A DNA stretch of 63,381 bases, the filler included, from Octopus bimaculoides (taxonomy: Eukaryota): the NCBI RefSeq assembly GCF_001194135.2. It is 5 parts of 3 records of this genome, joined end to end, with 100 filler letters (N's around TTAATTAATTAA, not from the genome) between each part and the next. Parts side by side here need not be neighbours in the genome. Positions count along the whole stretch, not along the records: positions 20,972 to 47,314 come from NC_068983.1; 4 more parts are not named here. One strand, written 5' to 3'. The position numbers were made by a program, and so were the translations under genes. Below, one piece after another: positions 24,215 through 36,535 of the stretch. The notes below the pieces were generated by a model. That model searched no databases. It saw nothing but the letters and a program-made list of their open reading frames with translations, and was not told the origin of the DNA. How positions within the stretch are numbered: position 1 is the first letter of the stretch; each line of letters opens with the position of its first letter.

Positions 24215-25990
24215 CCACTCCATTTGGGAATTCGATTTCCGTAGGAAACGAAATTTATTTTATTATTTTATCTTTTTCTTTCTTTCCAACATATCGTCCT
24301 TTTTGAAATTTTGCTTCCCTGGGGAATTATATTCCGCTTAGGAATTATTTCTATATGCTTAGTCTGTTTACACTTTCTGTTACTGTACTTCTAAGTTCAA
24401 TCACTTTCGGTGCTGCCACATCGAACATGTCGTAAAACACATCCATTGGAATTTCCATCCTTTCTTCTGTATGTCTGAATTTTAATTGATTTAGGTGTCA
24501 TTTATGCTCCCATCGTTGGTCTTTCATTAAATACGTCATGTTTCCATTTCTTTTAGTCACTACACCATCTTGCCAACACCCTTTACCGCTTTTGTATACT
24601 TTGAAATGGACATTGTCTCTGACATCAAAGTGTTTAGTTGAAGATTTTTGTATTTTCTCTATGATTTAATCTCTCGAGTGAGCATTAGCAGGCGACCTGA
24701 CTGAACTAGTATTCAAATTAGGTGTTATTCTGTACACCGTTAAGGAATTTAATTACCGCTTCGTCATTTCTTAACTCATTCGTTGTTTTTATTTGCGCTG
24801 GCTTGAAAGTATCTACGAATCGTTCTGCTTGCCCATTTGACCGCTGGTGGCTTCGTGCATTTTGAGAAATTTCTTGAACTCGTATCTTGTAAATTGGGTT
24901 CCATTGTCCGATAGTATGGTATCTGGAACACCGTATCAAGCAAACAGTTCGTACTGGTACTTTATTGTGACCTTCGAGGTAGGTTGACTGCACCTACATA
25001 CATGTTCGACCTTCCTAACTTTGCTCTGCAAGGTGAGCTCTTGTATCCTATTTTTTGGAACCTGTAACATTTTTGCGTTGTTAAGGGACAATCCTTCGTG
25101 AAGTGTCGGGTTCTACATCCGTATCATGGGTTTGGTCTCAACGTTTTTTGTTTACACCTTCCAATTAGCACGTTTATACTTGTGAGATCTCCTTCTCTTC
25201 GATTTTCTTTACGTCCTGACGTGAGTTTACCATTATATGACACTCTTCTGCAACTGTCTACAGGGTTAATCTTTGATCCACTTCTTCAAGTTTTGTGAGA
25301 ATTCTTGCACGTAAAACGTCGTTTTTGTTTGCTGCAAGCCCATATATAAAGCAGAGGCACTTAGACATATCAGGAGTTATGTTTTTAGGTAGAATGAAAT
25401 TACAGTATTGTTGATGTTCAACTGGTGCTAATTTACGTAATAAATAGTCTTACTTTTTACGTTCTTTGTCCAGGACTTGCAATCTTCTCTGAAAATTTCT
25501 TCGTACCTTCTAAAGTACGTTTCAAACGCTATACCCTCCACTGGGTCATATGTGAATTGTGTAACAGAGATTGATACGGCGTCTGGAGAAAACGAACTTA
25601 TGGGGTTTCCTGACTTCCTTATTTTTTCTAGCAACTGCTGTTCGACTGTTGGGTACTGTTATTCGACTCTTGAATATTGTTGTTCGACTCTTAAGTACTG
25701 TTGATCGACTCTTTCAGCTGTTGCTATTGCACTGCAACTAATTGTGTGGTAGTTGTTGCTGCTTTAGTTGTTGGTGCAACTCATGTTCCTTTTCTTTCTG
25801 TTGCGTTAGTAACTTTTTTTATAGAAACTCATACGTCTTCCATAGCTAATTACTGTGTATCACAAAAATTTGTTAACTGACCTGCGTGAACTTCGAATCC
25901 TCGTCGCCAATATTGTAAAGTAGTTATATATATTAAACTACGACAGGTGGTCAGTAGAAATAAAGCACTATCCCCTTCTCTCAATCTCAC
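23977..25990 (-). mobile_element. Internally deleted Ty3/Gypsy LTR retrotransposon (gag joined to integrase; no PR/RT/RH seen)
   Basis: PBS-like TGGCGACGAGGAT (25897-25909) next to an LTR end ...TTTACA; gag FTYDPVEGIAFETYFRRYEEIFREDCKSW; decayed zinc knuckle at ~25030-25130; integrase YGVPDTILSDNGTQF, HQRSNGQAERFVDTFK, HLNQLKFR; purine tract then TGTTATGG LTR start. Confidence 0.88.
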
Positions 25991-26733
25991 TATACATACA
26001 TGTCTTCATACGTATATACATACCTCTTTACATATGTACGCGTCCATAACCACACACACGCACTCAAACATACATACATATATATACATACATAGATATA
26101 GATATAAACAGATATATGTGCATGTATATTTAATCAATGATGCTTGATTCCTTTTAAAGATAATTTCTACTTTCGTTGAATAACCTTACCTGCAATGTAG
26201 ATTCAACCCATCAATAATGTTATTATATACTTTGCAAATAAATATTAATCAAACATGAAAGAAAATTTAGAATCGAACATAAAGTGAAGTATTGTTATAA
26301 ACGATCGTAATTGATTAATGATTTCATTTTGATGGTGAAAGAAGCAATAATGCTTCTTGATTCACCGCTTAACCCGAAGAGAAACATATACATTAATCAC
26401 AGACGTGTACGAATTAAAACTAATCAAATATATCTATATATACGTTTAACTGATTATTAATATACTTTTAGAAAATATTAAACAGAGATAAAATCTGTGT
26501 ATCTTTCGTAGATTGGGAGAAAAATTATGTCCGAACTTTGTGAGCCGCTAAGAACGTGAGTGACGTCAGAGTATGTTGGTTCTGTAAAGAACCTTCACTT
26601 GATCAAACAATGACCAGAGGAAAATAACACCTTTAAAAAACGAATGCATGAATGTACCCACGCATGTGTGTATATGTATACACACATACGCACGTACAGA
26701 AACACAGAAACACGCGCATACTTACAAAAGTTC

Positions 26734-26792
<59 letters not shown>

Positions 26793-29179
26793 TGTATGTA
26801 TAATATCATATTGTCAAATATAAGTGGCGGAAAACCGTATTGAAATACCAAGGAAACAGTAAGGTCTAGAGTTTCAAATCGATAAGAAACATGTGTGCTG
26901 AACTTTAATCGGAATAACAGAAAACTGTTTGAGAATGACATTTGACCTGCATATAAATCCATTTAAATATAGGAAAATATTGCCAACGATTCTATCAACA
27001 TACATCTGATTATTGAAAAATATTGTTGAAAGTTATAGAAAAACAAAAAACGACGACATATGTTTGACGCTGGAGTACATTAAAAGTCTTTTACTTTTCG
27101 AGCCTACGCTCTTCAATACAATGGAATAAGAGAAAACAAACTGAGGCAGAATGAAAAGGAATTGTAGATCTTTTTTCCCGAGCATCAAGTAATACACTCG
27201 CTTCTTGTTCATATACCTATCTTCGTCTTTTGTTTTCTGTTGTTTTTTTTATAGATTTCAACTATATATTATACGCTCACGTGGCTACACCATTTTGATC
27301 CTGACTGAACTTCTTACTCTTTGGACTTGCATGTCTGAACCACTTTCCGAAATTTCAGCACCTCTCCTCATACATATACCGGCACCTGGATTACCACTGG
27401 ATTTACTGACTCTACCTTCACGGGTTTCAATGGCGTGCTTTCGTTATAGAAAAATATGGTTGCGCTGTTTTTGAAGACATTTTCCGATTTAGAATTACTA
27501 GTAAATACAGACATTAAATTCCATTAGCTGTTTTTTATTTATAAGTTAGAAGTAAGCTTGTTCTAGTTTAAATGGAATTTTAAAATGAAAATCCGAATTA
27601 TTGAAATATTGCAGACAGTGTTTTTTAATTTTTCATCTCGAACCCTCTTCGAGCATCGCTAATCTCATTCATCTTGATATCATTATCATCATCTAGATTA
27701 TGTTGGAAACTTTCCAGTATTCTCTCTATTCTTGTAATACCTGTAACATGTCACATTTTATTTTTATTCAGTCTTTATTTAATTTCATGATGTTGATTTT
27801 ACACAGCTTATTAACGACAGTGATATCAATTGTGATTACACAAGCCGTATATTTATGTAGCTTTAATGTTCGTACTTGGAATTCATTCCTTTCTTCGTAT
27901 TTGTATCTTCTTTGCCGCCATTTGAAACAGTTTACCCGCTAAATTTGATAATTTCTGAGAGCTGGTATTGTTTTTCTAACAGAGAACAAACTTTCGTATC
28001 AATTGCATTATATTTGCCAGCAACAGGTTTATATATCTCTCACTGTTTAGACATCTCCCTATCGATATATTTTTCCAACTGAAATTATGTATTTATGTCA
28101 ATTAGCATATTGTATACGCTTTCTTTTAAAATACTTTACATTCGATAGCTCCCTGAAATAATGTATATTTTTATTTTTTCTCTTCTCTTCTGTTTCATCT
28201 AAATTCCGCATTCGTTCATTTTCACCCGGTCTCACTCCCCCCTCTCTCATTATCTCTCTTTCTTACACCATCCCTTCTTCCTTCTCTCTTCCCCCTTTTT
28301 CTATCTCGCTATATATATCTTTGTCTCTACAACACTCCAGCACAACAGTTTAATAAATTTATGAATTTATATGTGTTCGATTGTTTGCACTTCACTGAAT
28401 TTACATCTTAACTTTATTACCAACTCAATTCATTTATTTTCTTATATTTTTAATTGACTTTTTCTGCATTACTCCATGGCAGCAGAAATTATATCCAAAT
28501 CTATTCATGAAGTTATAACGTGTGCTATTATTCAATTTGTTATTAAATTTTGTATTATAATTTTCGATCGTTGATTAATAAAATTAGCAACTTTTGTCGA
28601 CTTCCAAATCCGACGGTTCACTGTCCAAACATCTTGAAATGTTTATTTACAAACCGATTTCCTTTTCCCAATATAAGATTATTTTATTGTTCCAAAAATT
28701 AACACTTGTGAAATAATTACATGTTGCCTGAGATGCTGTCTAAAATTTCTGGAATGTTCTCAGTTTCAAGTACTGTTTATTGTGTTAGTGTGTGTGTGTT
28801 TGTATGAGTGTGTGCGTGTGCGTGTTCTGTCAGTGTGTTAATATATAAAATGCGAAAAATCCTTTAACGAGCTGCAAAACATGACTTTTGAGTATATAAT
28901 CTCCATAATCATTGGCCACATTCGCGTTTAATCGTATGTTGTTGAAACATCTGTAACCAAAGCAAATATGTGATACCAGTAAAGACATTATTTGCTATGT
29001 TATACTATGCGACTGACTGTTAGAGCCTGGATTGTTCTTGTTGTTGCTCATTTTAGTCTGTGTGAAACGAAATCCTTCCACTGAAGGACTGTACCTTTGT
29101 ATACATTGTATTAATCGATGTTCGCAGGAGTGGGGACTGAGGTAGTAGCTTCGATGTCTCGATCATCTTTCATTTCTTT

Positions 29180-29273
29180 ATATATACGTACACACACACA
29201 CACACACACACACATATATGTATGCATGTATTTACATACATGTATATATACATATCAATCTACATATACATAT

Positions 29274-29312
<39 letters not shown>

Positions 29313-29359
29313 CATGTGTGTGAGTATATGTTTGTGTTTGTGTTTGTTTGTGTGTGTGT

Positions 29360-29400
<41 letters not shown>
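29180..29400. repeat. Compound (CA)n/(TA)n/(TG)n microsatellite
   Basis: Directly visible. Confidence 0.95.
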
Positions 29401-29401
<1 letters not shown>

Positions 29402-29778
29402 AATGCGACGGAGTCCAAAGCAGAGTTGATCTTTAAATGGAAAGCAATAAAACTAGAATTATTTTAAAGTACTGAACAATTAGTTTCCGATCACCAATGT
29501 ACATTTCTGTAAGAAGACTGTCTGAATAAATTGTAATTATCAAGCCGTCTCTGACAGCTTTAATTAATTTTTAATATCACATCCGTAACGTATCAACTAT
29601 CCTTATCACGTCTCTAATCTTCACACAGTCTGTTAGATATAAAGAATAGTGTTTTGTTACGTATGTATATACATTTATGTAGCATTTAAAAGTGTTACTA
29701 ATTTTTGGGAATAAATAATCCTGCGTATGTCAAATCTCAAAATCATCGAAGAAATTCACTTTCCCATATATCATACAC

Positions 29779-29910
29779 GAGTAAGGCGGTGTGCTTGGAG
29801 AGTGGTTAACCCGTCGTGTATCATGCTTATCGGCAATTCGTCCATCTTTAAGTTCTGGGTTCAAATGCCGACGAAGTCGACTATGCTTTTCATACCACCT
29901 GGCTCGAGAA
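29779..29910 (+). mobile_element. SINE family A, highly degenerate
   Basis: AAGGCGGTGTGCTTGGAGAGTGGTTA...ATGCTTATCGGCAATTCGTC...GGGTTCAAATGCCGACGAAGTCGACTATGCTTTTCAT. Confidence 0.65.
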
Positions 29911-30154
29911 ATTTAGCACGAGTGAACGCCCTAACCACATCTTCCTCACATAATGGAATGTGTCTAAACTGCTAGGTTCGCATCAGCAGCATATAACCTG
30001 GAGCAAATATGAATGTAAATCTGGCAACATTTGAAGCATGTTATGTCACCTAGTGAGGTTCTTTTTGCACTGTGCGTTGCATCTGATGTCATTACATAGT
30101 ACTACGCCAAGTAAGGACCAGTGCAGAAGGTAACTGAAATTTTTTTTGAGCTTT

Positions 30155-30372
30155 ATATTCCTTTTCTACTCTAGGTAAAAGGCCCAAAATTTTGGGGGAA
30201 AAGGCCAGTCGATTAGATCGACTCCAGTATGCAACTGGTGCTTTTTTATCGACCCCGAAAGTTTGAAAGGCAAAGTCGACCTCGGTGGAATTTGAAATCA
30301 GAACGTAAAGACAAACGAAATACCGCTAAGCATTTCGCCCGGCGTGCTAATGTTTGTGCCAGCTCCCCCCCA
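30155..30372 (-). mobile_element. SINE family A, near full length
   Basis: Reverse complement: GAGCTGGCACAAACATTAGCACGCCGGGCGAAATGCTTAGCGGTATTTCG...GAGGTCGACTTTGCCTTTCAAACTTTCGGGGTCGAT...CCTAGAGTAGAAAAGG. Confidence 0.9.
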
Positions 30373-30397
30373 CCCCTTAAAGTATAACTATTCCACA

Positions 30398-30717
30398 CAG
30401 GCACAGGCGTGGCTATGTGGTAAGAAGCTAGCTCCCAAAGACATGTTTCCACGTTCAATCCTACTGCACGACACCTTGAGAAAGTGTTTTCTGCGTCAGT
30501 CATGGGCCGACCAGAGCCTTGTGAGTAGATTTGGTAGACAGAAACTGAAAGAAACCCATCGTATTTATGTGTGTGTATGTGTGAACATACATTTACATAC
30601 ATATGTATGTGTGTGTGTGTGTGTGTGTATTTCTGTGTGTGTATTTGTGTGTGTATGTCTGTTTGTCCCCCACCATCACTTGAAAACCGATGTGGGTGTG
30701 TTTAAGTGCCCGTAACT

Positions 30718-30720
<3 letters not shown>
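30398..30720 (+). mobile_element. SINE family B with internal (TG)n
   Basis: GGCGTGGCTATGTGGTAAGAAGCT...GCCTTGTGAGTAGATTTGGTAGACAGAAACTGAAAGAAACCC...TGTTTGTCCCCCACC; colinear with 51547-52018. Confidence 0.88.

Positions 30721-30763
<43 letters not shown>
30720..30763. repeat. (AGT)n microsatellite running into a gap
   Basis: Directly visible. Confidence 0.95.
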
Positions 30764-30803
30764 NNNNNNNNNNNNNNNNNNNNNNNNNNNNNNNNNNNNN
30801 NNN

Positions 30804-30851
30804 GGAAGGGGAGGAAGGGGAGGAAGGGGAGGAAGGGGAGGAAGGGGAGGA
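30804..30851 (+). repeat. (GGAAGGGGA)n purine-only repeat, G-quadruplex/triplex-prone
   Basis: At least five GGGG tracts with 5-nt loops; left end lost in the gap. Confidence 0.85.
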
Positions 30852-32062
30852 AGTGGTTGCGGGGGACAGGGAAGAGAAGTGGGCACACTACAGAAGATGG
30901 GAATCTGACTTGTCTTATGGTACCTTAAATAATTTAGATTATTTTATTTACCAGATAATCTAAGAACACACATTGCACTATTGTATTTGCTTCTACTTTC
31001 GCTTATCAAGTTTAGCTCAATCATTGTTTAACTCTTATAAATTAAATTTGTCAGTCCTAATGTACATAACATCATCAACGAATGAGCCTCTCTTTGAAAC
31101 TATTGGGTAGAATATCGTGGAAACGTGGCTAATATTTATATTGAGCTTAATGAACTTCGTGCTCGGTAAGTTTATTCCACGTCTACTCAGGCATTTCTAC
31201 CTTACTCAAAACTCCTTTCATCAACATTCTTTTCTCTAATCTCAAGTTCATGCACTGCTTACTATATTCTGTCCTTCCAACTATAACTTCGACTCTCCAT
31301 GCTTATATATCTGCAGTCTTATTTATCAAAATCACCAGATTAGCAGGCTGTTAAAGGATATGGATAGGGATTCTTACTCTAATCATTGGAAGTAAAAAAA
31401 TATTGTGTTGCATGAGTTGCTTTCAATCCTATCAGGCACTCCCGACTCTTCCCTTACACCAGCAATATCTCACGCGACATTTGATTTTACATATTTCATG
31501 TTTCATTGACGTAGATTCGAGTAGCAGCATTGAAGTCGGCAGCTTTCTAGTGATTGACTTTTCAATGCAACGCGAAATCAAACAACATACTTCCTTGAAT
31601 GCGGAATTGCAGGCATCAGTGACATAGAAGATGCTTATTAGAGAAAGATATATATCATCGAGTCAAGATTTAATCTGAGACACTCGTACATCACTAAGCC
31701 ATTCACTATTACGCAATGCCTGTCATTATATCTGAACTCTAATAATTAAGTAAAGTAGGTATGACCTTCTGAATTGAATTATTTGAGTATTGACACTTGC
31801 ACGCAATATAAACAAACACTACACATGCACTTAAAAGTATAATGTAGTAATCATCTCTGCACTGAAATATTATAGGTAAAACTATTTCTATAGGGTTTAC
31901 TAAATTCAGATAATTGATCAAGAAGAATTTTAAATGAATACATACTAAATTAGGCGCAACTATACTTGAGTAGTGAGTGTTAGTCTCTGAATGCATTGTC
32001 TAAAGCGAAGGAGATAAAAGACGAAAAGTAGATGAATTGAAATAAATTGATTGTAAAATAGA

Positions 32063-32168
32063 CTGTACGTTTAACTACGTACCGAAATCTGCCTGTACGT
32101 TTAACTACGTACCGAAATCTGCCTGTACGTTTAACTACGTACCGAAATCTGCCTGTACGTTTAACTAC
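32063..32168. repeat. 30-bp tandem repeat, 3 perfect units plus a partial (CTGTACGTTTAACTACGTACCGAAATCTGC)
   Basis: Units identical; each holds a GTACGT-N6-ACGTAC inverted repeat. Confidence 0.95.
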
Positions 32169-32869
32169 ACAGTTACAATTCTACAAATATTCGGACATAT
32201 GCCTTATGAATGTTGCAAACATTCACTGTTATAGCGGAATGTATATAACGACGTGTGTGAAGGCACATATAGATGAGTGAGTTTGTTTTAGGTAATTCAA
32301 CGCTGAATGGTGCTTAAGTTTTAAAAGTTACGTTAACTTGAAACAACATGGAGAGAGGCATGGATGCGTATAGTAGGGGACTTGCGTATCTCCACATATT
32401 ATCTATTACGCCACTCTTCCTTCACCTCCTACTTTTTTCTTCTGATTATTGTTAGTAGCAGCAGTTGATAGTACTGCCAGCGGCATCAGTAGCAGTAGTA
32501 GTAAAAGCACCATCAGGATGGTTTCATTGTACAAGTTTGATATGAGTGTAATATAACCAAAGTTACTGAATATACATACGAAATATTTCCTTGATAAATC
32601 ATTTGGTTTATTGACATATTCTCAAACTTTATTCCTTTTTACTCTATTTTAGTTTGTTTAAGCATCAATATTCTTCTAGATTATTCTCAACAATGTTAGT
32701 TACTGCTCCCGAACTAATCGATAGTGAATACACCCTCGTGCAGCGTAATAATTAGCGGCAGTTATTTTATCGGACTTGAAATAATGATTTCTTGGCACAA
32801 ATTCTCTATTCATGAGAGGTAGGAGTAGGTTCATCATATGGATTAACAAGAAGAAAGACAAGGTCGGTA

Positions 32870-33380
32870 TCAATGCGATTCCATGTTGGAATGTAATGAG
32901 ACTTATGTAATATCACCTCAATTCTGGAGCCGGCAGGATTACCCAGAAGTGATGGGATGAGACCAGACTATCTTACCCTATGTCTCTGAGTAAGAGGTAG
33001 GTGCCTCTTCTGTGACACTTTTGCTCCCTCCAACATCCTGGATGCTGCGGTAAATGGAACAGTCACTGCTTCCGTAACCGAACTGGACAAAACTTTGAAG
33101 TATCAGGACCTGACAGTAAACTAACTCTTTCAGCCTGTGGCGTTTTTTTAGACGTCCAGAGGAACAGAGTCACTAACGGCCAAATTCTTGTCATCGTTGA
33201 CAGCTCGCCCCACCGACGTGTCAGCTGATGCCTGTGAGATAGCTTAGCTTCTTCAGAATTCTTAGCCTCGCCATCGCTAGTGATAATGCTACGAATGTGT
33301 TGGATTGATTCAGTAGGTTCCGTTAAACCTTTAATGCGACCAATTGAAGCATTCATGATGCATTGATGAAGCATTCGTGA
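32870..33380 (-). mobile_element. Old LINE (probably RTE) RT C-terminal fragment
   Basis: IQHIRSIITSDG..E..R..WGEL then FGYGSSDC (cf. F.YLGS.I..DG...EI..RI..A...F..L and LLYGSETW). Weak, by eye. Confidence 0.45.
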
Positions 33381-33465
33381 TACATTGATTCTTTTGTTTT
33401 CTTTCTCTTCTTTCTCCCTTGTTTTTGCTTTTCCTTTTCTTTGTGTTTCTTTTGTAATATATATA

Positions 33466-34937
33466 TACTGAACTACGAAAGAAAATTTGCACTGTAAACA
33501 TTATTTTTCCCCAGATGATATTGTGATTATATGGATTTTGTCACATTTCTAGGTAATTTGACATCAAGAAGATGTCACGGACCCACAACACCACTCTCCT
33601 TTGAAATCACAAGGATTTCATTTAGGGCTCGAACTTGCTCACTTTTCTCCCGAATACATTTTTATGAAAAACACAATGCACGTGCAAAACGTTGACTTAT
33701 TGGGTATCCCGTACTCAGCCAAGATTGACACGAAATCAAAGAGAAAAGCCATTTGATGTCTCAATACTGGTCAACGTCATGAGTCAATGCAAATGATTTG
33801 AACTGCAGTATTCGGACAATTAAGCGCCTGAGGGAACGATACAATACCACAAACAGCACGGATGATCGTCCACGCAATGGTGGACTGAGGTTTACAACGG
33901 CACGTCAAGATCACCACCTGCACCGACAGGACTTGCAGGCTCAATTCCGGAGGGCAACAGAATCAGCTAGGTAGACCATAGGAACTCACCACAGACTCAG
34001 TTGTGCAGAGACAGATCGCCGCCGGCTGAGATCTTTCAGTCTGTCTTCTCGATGTCCGGCTAGGGGCTCAATCCTCACCGATCGTCATAGACGGTCGCGT
34101 CTGCAGTGGCCTCAAAAACGTCAGAACAGGCCATATCGGCGGTGGAGGGCTGTAGCCTTCTCTGACGGAAATCGGTATTGCATTTCTGGGGTATATGGTG
34201 GAGCTAGGGTTTTGAGAAGAGGTGAACGTCATGCTGATGTCTGTGTGGTGGAGAAAGTCGCATGGGGAGGAGAAAGCATCATGGTATGGGGCGGGATTGT
34301 ACTTAACCAGAAACGTGGACCGGTGGTCTTCCAAAACATTTCTCAAGGCCAGAGCAATGCAGCAACCGCTGCTCGCTACATCGGTTAAGTGTTGAGGTCT
34401 CACATTTTGTCATAATTTTCCCATCATCGAAATCACGTGTTCCAACACAACAGCATCCGTGCCCTTATTGTCTGGTTGACAGAAGGCTTCCTCCAACAGA
34501 ATAACGTCCAGACATTTCTATGACCTACCCTAAGTACGGACTTGAACCTCATAAAGCACCTGTGAGAAGAAATCCTAAGTAGGCTAAATGGCATTACTCG
34601 AAGGTCAACAACTGCGGCACAACTCGCTGCAAGTTTTAACATAGTGTGAGCTGCTATCCTCGTGGCTTACATCAATTGCTTGGTGCATTCAATGTACAGA
34701 TGATGTCTAGCAGTAATCAACACTAACGGTGGTCACACGAAATATTGAGTTCATTTCTTCGGGGCCAGGACACCCCGTCATTAAATGACATCATGTGACG
34801 TCAAACCTGTTTCTGAAAATTACGTTTTATCACGAAGAAAGAGCGGTTTTTTTAATTACCACTCTGCAATCTATGCACTCTATTAACAAACCGGTTTCTT
34901 TTTAGCATGTGTCCGACGTTCCTTTTTTGGTTCAGTT
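33466..34937 (+). mobile_element. Full-length but inactivated Tc1-like (DD34E) transposon with short TIRs and TA target duplication
   Basis: PRLTRNQREKAI, RPRNGGLRFTTARQD, WRAVAFSDGNRY, SIMVWGGI, FQHNSIRAL, STDLNLIKHL, INTNGGHTKY* (stop ~34748); left TA|TACTGAACTACGAAAG vs right reverse complement TA|AACTGAACCAAAAAAG; second D and E lost, several stops. Confidence 0.93.
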
Positions 34938-36433
34938 TATGTGTATCATATACATATGCATTGTATATGTAATAAAACTTTTTTATAACGAAATACATTT
35001 CGACCGGCTCTAAGACTTTTGCTAATACCATACCCTTAACATACCTCTAATAAAAAATATAAGTACTACACATATGAGATTTGATATTAGAACGCATACA
35101 CAAAAGGATCATATTCATCTTTCTTTTCTAACTCAGTAGCGGTTTGAGAATACGTAACACCAATATCATTAACTTACGTCCATATATATGTCTGCAACAT
35201 TACATACATTCATAGTTCCATGCATATTACCATAAGCACTTATAATAGAAATTGTGGTTAAATACGAAGAATAAATACCACTGAATATAAGTCACTTAGA
35301 GTATTCTTTTTTTGATTTATTACAGTAATTGAAACTTTCGCTTAACGTAAAATGAATTTACCGCAACTACATAATGACAACTTTGTTTTTACCAGCTTAG
35401 AGTTTTTTTACAAACGTGTCGCACAAAGTATTAGGTAAATTCAATTGATAAAATGAAGTACCAACTAATGTAATATAGCCGTAGGAGAATGAAGAGATTT
35501 TAATGCTCTTCGGTTTTACTGCAAATGTAAGAAAATGAAATGTGGAAGAATGTATTCATTTGTTGATTAACGTTTAGCTTGTATTTTTTTCAGCTTTTAT
35601 TTTCTTCCCTGATAAAACCTATTTGCAAATGGAAAATAATATATTGCTTCGATTAATTGATACTCGATGTATTAAGAAGATGGCATTTTTCTGTAATTTG
35701 ATAACAGAGATTGGACTTTCTTCTCCCCACCTTTTTTTTGTTCAATATATGTAAACGTCTTTTCCGTTTTATAAAAAGTTAAACAATATGTTCAAATGCA
35801 TTAAACTAAAACAAATAACAAATCGTCGCAGAATTATGTCGCGTCAGAAACCAAATAAATTACGAATGCAATGCTAAATATTTAAAATCTGTCTCAATCC
35901 TCTTAAACAAACTTGTGGTCAGGGAACCGAATAAAAACGTTTATATTTTCAGTTTACTGTGTTCACACTAAGTAGAGGTTTGCTTTTATAAATCATTTAT
36001 TTATAACATGTGCAGTACAAATATGTTTAAGGCACTAGAAGGATTGTAGTTGAACATAGAAATCAGTATGATAATTGTTAACATGTATAACACATGACTA
36101 AGAACATAACAGTAATATTCAGCTGAAATATTTCTTTGTCCATGTTGGGAATGGCAGGTAAATTGTGTGACAATGTAAATTTCAATCACAATTATAAGTT
36201 TATACATTTCACTCTACATTAGATTATATTACTGTGGAAACCATAGATCAAATTCTTAGCTACCTAACTCGAAGATTTTATAGTCCACATGTCGTTCAGA
36301 TGTTATGGTCCACTTGCCGTTATCATTATTTTAACATGCTTGAGTTCATTCGATTTTACTGACATTAATAACTAATTAAGATCGATTGATGAAACGACGA
36401 TGAAATCGGTGAATTAGCATCCAGCAGACTTAC

Positions 36434-36535
36434 TTTGTCCCCACTTCAACACGTCCAGTTCTTTCATTAGACTTCGGCAAATTTCTTTTCTACAGGGTCT
36501 CCTGTTTGGGATATTTCTCACCAGTCGCGCAGCCC
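36434..36535 (-). CDS. Candidate 102-nt symmetric (phase 1-1) exon: AARLVRNIPNRRPCRKEICRSLMKELDVLKWGQ
   Basis: Acceptor GTATTTCATTTTTAG| and donor |GTAAGT, length divisible by 3, one open frame, non-repetitive; a further donor CAG|GTGAGT 109 nt upstream (36644). No homology recognised; may be partly UTR. Confidence 0.3.

Noticed and set aside
26561-26568. CRE palindrome TGACGTCA (also 34797)
   Set aside because: Isolated 8-mers; one lies inside the Tc1 element and neither has promoter context.
26190-31633. Short open micro-exon candidates (26190-26229, 31591-31633; similar ones near 38.5, 40.3 and 50.7 kb)
   Set aside because: About 40-70 nt with one weak splice site each; phases do not chain consistently and such hits are expected by chance in 60 kb.
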